Virus record (IMG/VR): IMGVR_UViG_3300030390_001024
Coordinates: 11,861-75,860 of that record
From: a virus
Direction: 5' to 3' (one strand)
DNA length: 64,000 nt
Positions 26,840 to 37,800 of the stretch are shown one piece after another; positions within the stretch are counted from its first letter, which is position 1; every line of letters begins with the position of its first letter. The notes below the pieces were generated by a model. It saw only the letters and a list, made by a program, of their open reading frames with translations, did no database searches and was not told the DNA's origin. The position numbers were made by a program, and so were the translations under genes.

Positions 26840-26943
26840 TCTTTAATAAAGACTACAATATCACAACTATGACAAAAGTAATATTTGTCATCACCTGCAC
26901 CAGAATAATAAGTCATTGCTGAATTGCATTTTTTACATCTCAT
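26836..26943 (-). CDS. 35-aa zinc-ribbon microprotein (not in ORF track)
   Basis: MRCKKCNSAMTYYSGAGDDKYYFCHSCDIVVFIKD*, with two CxxC; its stop overlaps the nrdA stop. Confidence 0.6.
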   Translation of the reverse strand: MRCKKCNSAMTYYSGAGDDKYYFCHSCDIVVFIKD

Positions 26944-26945
26944 AT

Positions 26946-27032
26946 TTACTTTTGCTTTAAATCATCTATTAATAGTTGACAAACTGTAAAAATAATAAAT
27001 ATATAAAATACTAAAAGTGTATATTTTTCCAC
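26946..27032 (-). CDS. putative 28-aa membrane peptide (GTG start, not in ORF track)
   Basis: MEKYTLLVFYIFIIFTVCQLLIDDLKQK*; abuts the upstream TAG and fills the gap. Confidence 0.4.
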   Translation of the reverse strand: MEKYTLLVFYIFIIFTVCQLLIDDLKQK

Positions 27033-27452
27033 CTAGTAACTTGCTTCACGCCTAACCACCTCTATAGCCCTGACCATTTTGTTATAGTCTACAGGACATA
27101 ATAGATCAAGCTTTGCTCTTGCTGTAAATTTAATGTATGCATCACCCTTTAAATATAACAGTAAAGTTGGTGCCATTCTAATTCTAAGTTCTTTTTTTAA
27201 TTTTGGTGAGGTAGCAATATCACATCTATAATATGTGACTCCCTCAAGATTGTTGATTTTTTTCCAGTCTGGAAATGCATTGTCTTTATTAAAGTCTGCC
27301 CAAAACTCTACTACAATAACATTATCTTCTCCATCTTCGTCAAATGCAGATGCTCCTGTAACCTTCTCCTCAAAGTCTTTATCTGTGATCCATTCCTGAG
27401 ACAGTACAGTTGTTGTTGTTAAAAGCAATAATACTGTAAGAATGTACTTCAT
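27033..27452 (-). CDS. secreted thioredoxin-fold protein lacking CxxC
   Basis: Signal peptide (VLS|Q). VIVVEFWADFN replaces VVDFWAxWCxxC; cis-Pro motif IRMAPTLLLY retained. Confidence 0.75.
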   Translation of the reverse strand: MKYILTVLLLLTTTTVLSQEWITDKDFEEKVTGASAFDEDGEDNVIVVEFWADFNKDNAFPDWKKINNLEGVTYYRCDIATSPKLKKELRIRMAPTLLLYLKGDAYIKFTARAKLDLLCPVDYNKMVRAIEVVRREASY

Positions 27453-27453
27453 C

Positions 27454-27744
27454 TTATTTCTTTTTAGTTAACTCGTAGATTCTCTCTTCCATTTTGTCAA
27501 ACTTTTCTAATAATGATTCTACATCTTCTTGAGTATCCATAATGGTTTGTCTAATTAACTCATCTTTTAAATCATACTCTACTCTTTCTATTGGAGGTTT
27601 TGGGTTCTCCATTGCAGTAGCTATATCTGCTTTTAATGTAAACCACATTGTTGATAATGAAATTACAAATCCCACAATCATTCCAATTGTCTTAAGGTCT
27701 AAGGTTACTTGTGTTTTTTCTCCTATCTCTGGTACTCCCGCCAT
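27454..27744 (-). CDS. single-TM membrane protein with C-terminal coiled coil
   Basis: TM IGMIVGFVISLSTMWFTL followed by a heptad-like acidic helix. Confidence 0.7.
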   Translation of the reverse strand: MAGVPEIGEKTQVTLDLKTIGMIVGFVISLSTMWFTLKADIATAMENPKPPIERVEYDLKDELIRQTIMDTQEDVESLLEKFDKMEERIYELTKKK

Positions 27745-27756
27745 TGTTTTATTTTT

Positions 27757-28974
27757 TTACTTGAATGTATAATTTAATCCTAATGTTGTTTGAAACAACT
27801 CACTGTCCCACATCTTTGAGTATTCTCCTTCCATAAACACTCCTATATTTTTATTTATCTTCCAACCTAAGTTAGCACCAAAAGAATAGTCTGCCCATTG
27901 TTCTGGATCATTATCTAAAATTAAGCCACCCTTACCCCAGTTATTTCTATTTAAATAAGAAACAACCTCATCTCCTTTTAAGTATCTGTGGTATGGTAGT
28001 ATATAGTTAGCATATGCATGTATCCAAAAGTTTCTTTTGTAATGATAGAAGTCCATTCCTAGTATAGGTGCTACCTCACCAAATGCAGGTATCTCTGATA
28101 ATGATTCTCTATTAAAGCGGTTCATCAAATCTGTAAATACAGTTTCTCTGAAATCAATATCAGAATAAGCTACAATAGTTCCATCTTGATCTTTCCATAT
28201 CCAGTCTTGCATCTCTTCTCCTGTATTTGCATCTGTATATGTAGTAAGATGATCAGTATAACCGTATTCAAATCCTAAAGTATACCATGGATGTACAGGA
28301 AACTCAAACTCATTCCCGTCTTGATCCATATATATTTCTGTTTCATTAAGCCATATCTCAACTGGGTTATAACCATATGCACGGCTATGAGTTCTATAGA
28401 TTGCACCTGCAGAGATACTAAACTTTTCTCCTAAAGGTAACCTTAATCTTGCTTCTGCTGATTCATAGGCTAAATTTATCTTTCCTACCTCTCTTGACTC
28501 AACTTTAAAGATGTGATGATCTCCTGTATGCTTTATAAAGAACCTGTGGTTTCTAAACATCTCACCTCTCCAACGTTCTTTTTCCCAATGTAATTGATAT
28601 TCTAAACCTTTTAATGCAGAACTTGGGGCACTAAATGCAAGCTGTTCTTCTGTACCATCATAAAAATTTCTTGGCTTTCTCTCATAACTAAACCTTGCTA
28701 GCTTTCTAATACCAAAACCAATTCTATAATCAAATGGGTAGTCAGGCGTATTATCTACTACAACAGGTATATCATAAAGACCATCGCCATCCCCTGTTCT
28801 TACAAAATAGGTTGACACATCTTCTTCTATAGAGTTGTTTAGATCAGCAGCTCCATATATAGTACCATATTTAATAAAGTCTTTATATAAGGATTTAAAA
28901 AATGGTGAACTATCTTGAGCAGAAGCACCATTTATAACCAATATACATACTAATAAACTTACATATCTTTTCAT
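27757..28974 (-). CDS. putative outer-membrane beta-barrel protein
   Basis: Signal peptide (ASA|Q), alternating aromatic beta-strands, C-terminal beta-signal-like LGLNYTFK. Confidence 0.65.
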   Translation of the reverse strand: MKRYVSLLVCILVINGASAQDSSPFFKSLYKDFIKYGTIYGAADLNNSIEEDVSTYFVRTGDGDGLYDIPVVVDNTPDYPFDYRIGFGIRKLARFSYERKPRNFYDGTEEQLAFSAPSSALKGLEYQLHWEKERWRGEMFRNHRFFIKHTGDHHIFKVESREVGKINLAYESAEARLRLPLGEKFSISAGAIYRTHSRAYGYNPVEIWLNETEIYMDQDGNEFEFPVHPWYTLGFEYGYTDHLTTYTDANTGEEMQDWIWKDQDGTIVAYSDIDFRETVFTDLMNRFNRESLSEIPAFGEVAPILGMDFYHYKRNFWIHAYANYILPYHRYLKGDEVVSYLNRNNWGKGGLILDNDPEQWADYSFGANLGWKINKNIGVFMEGEYSKMWDSELFQTTLGLNYTFK

Positions 28975-29068
28975 AGTGTAGTTTTGTTATGTTAATACGT
29001 ATTGGTTTATATAATAATATAAGAACTTTTTATGAATCTAAGAAGAACTTAACCTGAAAATTTGACAT

Positions 29069-32000
29069 TTAATCAGAAATACGGAAAGTCTTAAGTTTCT
29101 CAAAGTTTTTCCATTTATTAAATGTTGATAAAATTGGCATTGCATCAGCCATGTTTTTATAAAACTTTAACTGTCCTTTTCTTGGTTTATTCTGATATAC
29201 AAGATCACTATCTCCTCTAAATTCTGCACTATCAAAACCATAAAGTCCTCCATATAGTAGAGTACTTAGACCTACAGAAAATGCTTCTGCCAACTCACCA
29301 AGCGTTCTTGTAGAAGCTATTGGACTACCTATCATAGCAAAGAGTTCTTGTACACCAGCAGGAGATACTGGAACAAACATTACCATTTCTTTATATGTTC
29401 TTTCTGTTTGATATCTAGCAAAGTTCTTTACTTTCCTAACCCACATTGCTTCATCACTTTCATCATCACCCCATGCAGCATCTAGTAATGACATCATCAT
29501 CATACTAAGTATAATCATAGATAGTTCACCAACAGTTCTGTTTATATTACCAACTTTATTTTGTACTAAAGCCTCCATATCTGATGCAGCAATCTCTCCA
29601 CCACTATCCGTTTGGTTGTTATCCCTAATAGATTGTTTGTATTCTGATACTATCTCACCCATCTTTACCTTACCTGTTGCTACTGTTTTAGTTGCATGTA
29701 TTAAAAACTGCATAGTTGATCTATATCTTCCTTCCATCCAACCTAAATTCTGGTCATAGTACTGCTTTTGACCTCTGGCTCTCATAGCAGGCGGAAACCA
29801 TTTATGAAATTGAAATACTAATTGACCTAACCAATGGTTCTGAGCAACAGTTCTATCTATTCTAGCATAGTTACCATGCGTCTGTTTATTTACTTCTCTT
29901 ATTTCATTTCTTATATCAGCAAAAGCTTTACTACTTTGTGTAAGTGGTCCGTTTAGAGGAACTTTTATTCCTGTTACTTTATTAGGAACATACCTTGTCC
30001 ATTTTTTTGGATATGTAATTTCTTTTTTAACAGTATCCCATACTCCAGCATCATATATGGTTGTGCTTTCCCCACCATCTTCTGTAAAAAGCATAGTATC
30101 AAGCAATACAGCAGTTCCAATTTTAGTTTGTACAGCATATTCAAATCCATCCTGTAATGTATAACCTATTGCTTTAAATCTTTCCCATATAGTTTTTCCT
30201 CCAGATGATTCTTTACCTGATTCTCTTATGTCTATATCGTCATCCATCATTCTCCAAAACTCATTGGTTCCTTCATACTTATTTGTAGGCTTATTTGGGT
30301 TGTATGATCTTCCTGTGAATTTTGTTCCTCCTAAAGTAACTACATCAGTAACTTCAGGGATACCAAACATAGCTGTTCTTTTAATAATTCCAGCCATTCC
30401 TTCTGTGTTAAACTCTTTTTCTGCCCGTAAATATGCTCTTCTTGAAAAGAATCTACCTCCTATACCTTCTATTGTATTGTTAATTTGACCTAGCACAACG
30501 TTGTTTATATTACCAAAAGGGTTGAAGGCAACATAAGATAATGATGACCATGAAATTAAAAAGCTAGCAAATTTATCTACAAAGCCTTTACTATCTTTAG
30601 CATTATCATATAACACCATCTTTTGCCACATTCTTGCTCTACGTACTACATTTTTTTGAAGACCCTCGTTACCAGCCTCACCTTTAATATTCCATTTTTC
30701 TGGTGTAACTTTATCTAACATTCCTGTAATTAAATTTCCTCCTGGTGCAATGTATGATCTTTTTTCTAGTACTTTAATCAGTGCATTGATTGTATCTTCT
30801 ACAGCACCCATAGTCTCAAAATGTTCAGCCATTCTGTTAAACTGTAATAAACTATCTGTTAAATCAGTGCTTACCTCTCCTATTGTAGGTTGGCTTCTTT
30901 GTTTTTGTACTTCAGCTTCTAATATATTTCTTTTTTTATTATACTCATTTAGCTTTATCTTTTTGTTTTTATAGTCTTCTTTAAGCTCTGTAATTTTATT
31001 TTCTAACTCAGTAAGTTTCTTTTCTACTCTAGGGCTACCAGTAAAAAATATTGGCAGGCTATCCATTCTTTCTCCTAATTCATTAACAACTACAGTTTTT
31101 TGTTGCGTAGTAGATGTAAATAAGTTTTTCAGACTCCTGCTTGATCTAGCCCATAGTCTAGTAAGTAATCCTCCATAAGAATTTTTTCTCAAATCAGCTG
31201 CAATATTACTTCTTACTAAAGGAACCTGTCCACTCATTTTCTGTCTTTGCTGTGGAGGTATTTTACCAAGCATATCTTGTACATATACTTTCTGAACCAT
31301 ATCGTAGTATTCTCTACGTGCTACAGCTAATGCATCATTTACCTTAGGCTCCATTATATCTATATACTTTTGACTTCTCATATCCTCTGGCTTACCTGTT
31401 TTTGGATCTATAGGCCTAGCTATTAATCTAGGTTCAACGTATTCATTTTTTACAGATGAAAAAATTTCATCTCTTTTTATTTGACCTGTAGGTACAAACA
31501 CACCATTTACTTTTTTCTTAAAAGCTTTTACATAATCTGTAGTTCTATAGTATTTAGATTTGTATTTGATATAATCATTTTTTGATACACCACTACGTTG
31601 TTCCCAACTAAAAGTCCTAGGATTCCACTCTTCATAAACATTACGCACATCTTTAAACTCTTGTGTATATCTATGATAATCACCATCTATTGGTTGATTC
31701 TTATCATTTAACATCTCACCTCTCATGAAATTTCTTACCTCAGTTTTCTTTTTAGATAACTCTTTATTCCATTTTATATTTTCTCTTCCCTCCTCTGTCT
31801 TTTTTGCTTCTTCTATATCTGTAACATCTGCATATAAAAAAGGTACACCTCCCTCATCTTGTGTAGAACGAAATAAATCTCTACGTCTTTTACGGAACTT
31901 TAAACCTAATGGCTGTACTAATGAATCTTCAGACAATACACCATTCTCATCATAATTTAACATATAGTCATAAAGCCTATCTTTAGATACACCAGGTTGA

Positions 32001-34867
32001 AGTAATCTAAGTTTTTCAGCTGCAGCTATAAGTACCTGATCACGTGCAGCAATATTACTTAATACCTTTTGTAACTGAGCTTTATAAACCTTATCTATTG
32101 TTGATAGTATAGCATCTTTACTTGTTGCCATATCTTTTGTAAATAAAGCTGATAAACTTATATCAGGAACTGTAGTCAAGAGATCTTGAAAATCAGCTAA
32201 AGTAAATGTCATACCTGAATGATCTTGAATAATTCTTTTGTCACTTGGATCACCACCCTCTCTCATATTTACCCTAACAATTTCTTCAGCAAAATCAAAC
32301 AGTGCTCTATTTACTAACCCTTGTCTATCAATCTTTTTATTAATTACTGACGCAGGCCCATTTAGTTCAATCAGTGTTGCATTGATATTATTTATTAAAT
32401 ATCTTTGTGTAGCATTTAATTGTTCTATTAGTCCTTCATTATTTTTAAAGTTATATAGACCTTCAAAGGTTGACATAAACCTATCAAAACCTAATACTTT
32501 ATTTATAAACTCCATCTCTTTAACATTATCTGGGTTAGTAATGTAATCTTTGTATTCTTTCATTTGTCTTAAAGAATCCTGTAAGAGCTTTGTAAATGCC
32601 TGAGAAATATCTTTATTATTATCAGGATCAAGCAATGCTGTATCTATAAGAGCTAAAGTATTCTCTATTTGTTCTTTAGCTTCTGCCTTACTTCTCTCCA
32701 TATAGACGTTGCTCTTTAGCTTATCTAACATTTCTTGTTTAGTAATAATAGCCAACCTATAGTCTTTAATTGCACCAAATACAGCTCCTAATGCTACATT
32801 TTCATATGGATCTATAATATCTTCCATCAATGCATCTTCTACCTCTTCTTTTCTTGAATCATATACAATTCCATCAGCACCACCCTCCTCTAATTTTTTG
32901 TCTAGCATTTCTCCTTCAACATTATAAACTGTTTCAGGAATTAAAAAGTCTACGTTCTCACCATTATCCATTTCATTATGTGGAACTATACTTGTATATT
33001 CTAGTTTAGGGAGTGTTGATATATCATCATTTATTTCAATATTTATAGTTGATCTAGCAAACCTATCCATATCCATTTTATATCCCATGTTGGTAGCCAT
33101 TCTAGCTATAAGATTTATCTGAATTGCATCTTGCACTCTTATTGGTAACTCAGTTATGTTATTATTTTTTAATCTGTTTCCTGATTCTAAAGGAACCAAA
33201 ACATCATCATATCCAGATGCTTGATCAGAATTAATTATATTAATTTTTATAATTTTTAAATTACCAAACTTATCAATCAATACTATCTCTGCCTTTTCTG
33301 CAATATCTTTTTTAGGGTCAGAAAAAATAACATTACTTAATGTAACATCAGTATCATTTTTAATTGTTATGATATCAGCTTTAATATTATCAAATGTTTC
33401 TTTTGCTGTTTCTTTGTTCAATGACAAACTTTCAGATATTTCTTCAAAAGTTTTATATGATACAATTGCATCAACTATTGTGCTAATATCATTTTTAATT
33501 TTTGAAGAAAATTTATCAGCTTTACCTATTACCTCACCAGATGATGGATATGCTTTTCTAGTATTTATATCATAAAAAGTATTATTATCTTTATTAAGAA
33601 CCACCAAGTTGTTTATAAAGTTATTAGGTGTATTAGCAGATAATGAATCTGATAAAGCAGCCGTTTCTTTTATATTATGAGTCATCTCATTAATGACTGT
33701 TTTTTGTTGATCTGTTCTAGAAGACTTTAAAGCTTGATTTACTAAACTTTGTTTTTCCGGTGTAAGATTATATCTTACTCTACCGTTTATAGACTTACCT
33801 GTTTCAAAAGATATACCTGAAGTATTTAATAACTTAGCTACGTCAGACAAAGTTAGATCAGATCTTATTGCTTGTACTGGTAATTTTCTACCAGTTATAT
33901 ATTGATTAAGGTTTTCAATTATATTTTTAAACCACTTAAGCAATTCTTCTATACTACTTAAGAAAGACTGCGTAGGACTTTCTTCATACTCTTTATTAAA
34001 ATGTCTTGACAAAGCCTGAGTAATTACTTCCATTTCTCTTTCCTCTGCAGTTATATTTCTTTTCTTATTATATGCATCTTCTATTTGTTGGGTCATCTCA
34101 GGAAACATACGTCTAGATTCATCTAATAAAGTTTCGTACAGTGGTATGTTATCTACCTTTACTGCATCTATAAAAGGATGTAGCATCTCCTCAATTAGTA
34201 TTTCATCAGTGACCCTACCCTTAATTAAAATAGCATTATTAGCAACATAAAAAGAATTAACCTCTGCAAAAGGCACTTTAGCTTTTCTCCACTGTGGTAA
34301 TAAATCATACCTTTTTTTTGCTTCTGTAGGTGTAAGTAATTTTACACTTACATCAGGAAACATCCTCATTAAATGTTTTACTACTTGTCTTGCTCTAGGA
34401 GTGTCCCAAGATCTTGATTGAGGAAGCATGTCTTTTGCCGTAAATAAATTACTATTAACTGACACTGCAAATGTTTTAGGAGTCTTATCTATATTTAATG
34501 AGTTTGCTGGTAAATTATTAGCCTCTAAATATCTTTTTGCTCTTCTAACATTTGAATCTATTAATGAATCACTTATCTGTAATGTATCTTGATCAGTGTT
34601 ATTTATATAATAAGAACCTTGATGACTATGAATAATCTTTTCTCTACTTAGATTATTTAATAAGGCTTGTCCAAATTCTTTTTGCTTTAAATTGTTCAAA
34701 GCTCTTTTATCTTTAACATATGAAGCAGCTTCTACTACAGTAGGAATTGCATCACTGTCAGTTGAATCTTGCCAACTATTAATAACGTTAGTAGTTATAA
34801 GATCTGTTTTATAAACTTCTAATAATGCTATATACTCTGCTGTATTTTTATTGGGACATTTTGCCAT
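29069..34867 (-). CDS. large virion cargo (ejection) protein
   Basis: 1932 aa, directly downstream of the vRNAP. MAKCPNK N-terminus, IEEMLHPF zincin-like motif, degenerate nuclease-like segment, hydrophobic C-terminal helices. Confidence 0.65.
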   Translation of the reverse strand: MAKCPNKNTAEYIALLEVYKTDLITTNVINSWQDSTDSDAIPTVVEAASYVKDKRALNNLKQKEFGQALLNNLSREKIIHSHQGSYYINNTDQDTLQISDSLIDSNVRRAKRYLEANNLPANSLNIDKTPKTFAVSVNSNLFTAKDMLPQSRSWDTPRARQVVKHLMRMFPDVSVKLLTPTEAKKRYDLLPQWRKAKVPFAEVNSFYVANNAILIKGRVTDEILIEEMLHPFIDAVKVDNIPLYETLLDESRRMFPEMTQQIEDAYNKKRNITAEEREMEVITQALSRHFNKEYEESPTQSFLSSIEELLKWFKNIIENLNQYITGRKLPVQAIRSDLTLSDVAKLLNTSGISFETGKSINGRVRYNLTPEKQSLVNQALKSSRTDQQKTVINEMTHNIKETAALSDSLSANTPNNFINNLVVLNKDNNTFYDINTRKAYPSSGEVIGKADKFSSKIKNDISTIVDAIVSYKTFEEISESLSLNKETAKETFDNIKADIITIKNDTDVTLSNVIFSDPKKDIAEKAEIVLIDKFGNLKIIKINIINSDQASGYDDVLVPLESGNRLKNNNITELPIRVQDAIQINLIARMATNMGYKMDMDRFARSTINIEINDDISTLPKLEYTSIVPHNEMDNGENVDFLIPETVYNVEGEMLDKKLEEGGADGIVYDSRKEEVEDALMEDIIDPYENVALGAVFGAIKDYRLAIITKQEMLDKLKSNVYMERSKAEAKEQIENTLALIDTALLDPDNNKDISQAFTKLLQDSLRQMKEYKDYITNPDNVKEMEFINKVLGFDRFMSTFEGLYNFKNNEGLIEQLNATQRYLINNINATLIELNGPASVINKKIDRQGLVNRALFDFAEEIVRVNMREGGDPSDKRIIQDHSGMTFTLADFQDLLTTVPDISLSALFTKDMATSKDAILSTIDKVYKAQLQKVLSNIAARDQVLIAAAEKLRLLQPGVSKDRLYDYMLNYDENGVLSEDSLVQPLGLKFRKRRRDLFRSTQDEGGVPFLYADVTDIEEAKKTEEGRENIKWNKELSKKKTEVRNFMRGEMLNDKNQPIDGDYHRYTQEFKDVRNVYEEWNPRTFSWEQRSGVSKNDYIKYKSKYYRTTDYVKAFKKKVNGVFVPTGQIKRDEIFSSVKNEYVEPRLIARPIDPKTGKPEDMRSQKYIDIMEPKVNDALAVARREYYDMVQKVYVQDMLGKIPPQQRQKMSGQVPLVRSNIAADLRKNSYGGLLTRLWARSSRSLKNLFTSTTQQKTVVVNELGERMDSLPIFFTGSPRVEKKLTELENKITELKEDYKNKKIKLNEYNKKRNILEAEVQKQRSQPTIGEVSTDLTDSLLQFNRMAEHFETMGAVEDTINALIKVLEKRSYIAPGGNLITGMLDKVTPEKWNIKGEAGNEGLQKNVVRRARMWQKMVLYDNAKDSKGFVDKFASFLISWSSLSYVAFNPFGNINNVVLGQINNTIEGIGGRFFSRRAYLRAEKEFNTEGMAGIIKRTAMFGIPEVTDVVTLGGTKFTGRSYNPNKPTNKYEGTNEFWRMMDDDIDIRESGKESSGGKTIWERFKAIGYTLQDGFEYAVQTKIGTAVLLDTMLFTEDGGESTTIYDAGVWDTVKKEITYPKKWTRYVPNKVTGIKVPLNGPLTQSSKAFADIRNEIREVNKQTHGNYARIDRTVAQNHWLGQLVFQFHKWFPPAMRARGQKQYYDQNLGWMEGRYRSTMQFLIHATKTVATGKVKMGEIVSEYKQSIRDNNQTDSGGEIAASDMEALVQNKVGNINRTVGELSMIILSMMMMSLLDAAWGDDESDEAMWVRKVKNFARYQTERTYKEMVMFVPVSPAGVQELFAMIGSPIASTRTLGELAEAFSVGLSTLLYGGLYGFDSAEFRGDSDLVYQNKPRKGQLKFYKNMADAMPILSTFNKWKNFEKLKTFRISD

Positions 34868-34869
34868 AA

Positions 34870-37800
34870 CTATAAATTACATTTTTTAATTTGATCAATT
34901 AAATCTTGAGGACTACTCCACATAGAATTAGGGTTGGTATCATACAAATCTAATAAATCTTCTAAACTATTAATATTATTTTCTCTTTTAAAGTTCTTAA
35001 CTTCTGTTTTAAATGAACCATCTTCTATATTGTTATCCCAAAACTCTGTTATTTCAGGATGGCTAATAGAAGGATCAAACATATCTAATTGACCTATTAA
35101 CTCTTGTCTTTGCTCACTAATGTTAAACTCTTCTGTTTCTAATATACCTAATTCTTCAGAAGTAATATTTTCTGTTGCCTCTGCAATTGATGCTTGAGCA
35201 GCATCTAATTCTTTAGTGTCTTTTATATTTATACTGTTAAAAGATATCTCTTCATTTGTTATATCCATATTAACAGATTGATTACGGAATATTTCTGGTA
35301 CCTTAGTAGTTTGTTCTATTGGTTTATCACTTTCAACAACCTCTGAATTTTTTTCAGACACTTCAGGCTTAGCTAACATTTGATTAAAAGTAGGTCTGTT
35401 TCCAAACATAAATCCTGCACCAAACTGCAGAGGAGAACCCTTCAACTCAGCTGGTGTCTTTTCTGCATCATTTCTTTCAAACACTGTTGTTATCCTGCCT
35501 GTCTGTTCATCAGTAATATCTATCCTTCTTATTGCTATCTCTTTATCAGATGCTTCTGAAAACTTTGCTGGCAGCAACTTAGCATTAGATGCAGATAGTA
35601 AATAATTTTGTACAAAACCTCTATTAGCTCCTGAATCTATATATGCTTGAGATGCCAAATATTTTTCTGTAGAATTAATTGCTGATAAATAATCTCCTAA
35701 AACATAAGGACTCATTGATTCTAATAAACTTCCTGTTGCTAACTGTAAACCATCTTTAACCATTATATAATCTATAATAGTTTTTGCATATCCTCTTGTA
35801 TCAGGATCGTTATATAATTTATTAAATGAAGTTTGTAAATCATATTTTTGTAATCTATTTAATCTTCTCCATGTATTTGCTAGAGCTAAATATAAACCTG
35901 ATGCATTACCTTTATCATTTGGTTTATATGTTGTAACAAAATTAAACAAAAAGAAATTACCAGGATCACTTATTCTAAGCTGTTGCACTGCATTCCATAC
36001 ACTGCCTTGTTCATTGTCCTGTCCAGGATATAATACACCATTGCTTAATGGATTATTTTCATCTATATTTTGATATGCACCAAAGGTTATAAAAGCCAAA
36101 ATATCTTTTTTAACTTTTGATCTAGCATACTCACTATTCTTATATGTTTCTGGGTCTAAATTTCTAACTAAAGCTGTTGTAATTAACTTTACTCTTGGTG
36201 TCTGTGATAAAAACATTTTTGGTAATATGTTTTTATTTAGGTCTTCTAGTTGCTCACCTAAACCAGATACATAAGAATTACTTAACATATTTCTAACCTT
36301 TATATAATAAGGGTTGTTTACAAATTCATCCATGGTTTCTACTCTCAAAGATATAGAATCAATGTTTTTTCCTAACCCATTATTAAGACTCACCCAACTA
36401 TTTAACTTAACAGTAAAGTCAGATATATTCATTATAGTACTAAAAGTTTGTACAACCCCCTGTAACTCAGCTCCTTCTAAGTTTACACCTACTCCTCTTT
36501 TTAAAATTTCATAATTAGGAACTTGACCTTTTACTATTTTCCCTTTATCATCTCTTTCTATAAGGTTGTTTATAGATTTTTTGATACCTTGAATAGATTG
36601 GCTATCATCATTTTCAATTTTTGTATATATATCTTGTATAACTTTTTGATTTAAAAGTAATATAGAAGTCTCTAATGGTACACCAATCTGAATCATGTTT
36701 GACAACATACGTGTAGCATGAGCATTTAAACCTAACTTGCTTACCAAAAACTCTTTAGCATTGTCTGTCATAGCAACTATTAAAGAAGACATTAAATCTT
36801 GTTTTCTTTTTCCTTCTTTATTTAAAGTCCCACCAAAAGTAGTATAACTTTCATTATCAAGTTCAAACTTTAAAGTACCTAAGCTTATTTTATATTCTTT
36901 AAATAAAGATAAATATAAATTTGGTGAAACTACTGAACCAATTGAAGCACCTTTGTTGTTTGTAAAAGCAATAGTTTGTCCTGTAAGTGTATCTATATCT
37001 TTTCCTAGTTGATTAATTCTTTCTGAAAAACCAGCAAAACCTTGTACACTAGCCCAAACATCATTTAATAAATCTAAGTTAGATGGTCTATAAGCTATAG
37101 GCTCTGTACCTGATGTTAAATAATCATTACTTACTAAATAACGTTTTTGATCTACTAATTCATTGCTTACAGGAGCTTCATAAGGAGCTTGTTTATTCTT
37201 TTTTATATACTTATTAAAATCATTTTGAGTAATAGGCATTCCTAATACTTTTAAAGCACCAATAGCATTCTTACTAAAACCTGCATTTTCAGCAGGTGTT
37301 TGATCTATATCAACCAATGAATCAGATATAATTACTCCTTGTAATTTATATAACTTTATAGCCTCAGAATATTGATTTCCTGTTTCATTAACTTTTTTAT
37401 TTACATAATTAATATAGCTAGAATAATTTTTTTCATATGCTTTAAACTCACCGTTTTCTACATAAAACTCTTTCATGTGAATGTATGCTTGATCTATATC
37501 AAAATCTGCACCGGATACTTCTATTAGTTCATTAGAAAACATTGCTGATCCACCCATAAAGTTTGGTAAAAAATCAACAACCTTTACATTAAAAGCAGAA
37601 TGATAGTCCTCACTAGGTATACGTACAGCATACATCTCACTAACTACATCAGGTATATTATTTTTATATCTTCTAGATTTACTCTTATAAGCTAATAAGT
37701 CATTTACTTCTTTTGATTGAGGAGGCATAATTGCTTCAGAATATCTTTGACCTTGATATTTACCATCTTTATATTCTTTTAGATTATATCTTAAACGGTC

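Noticed and set aside
27033-27452. Thioredoxin as electron donor for the adjacent RNR
   Set aside because: It has no CxxC and carries a signal peptide.
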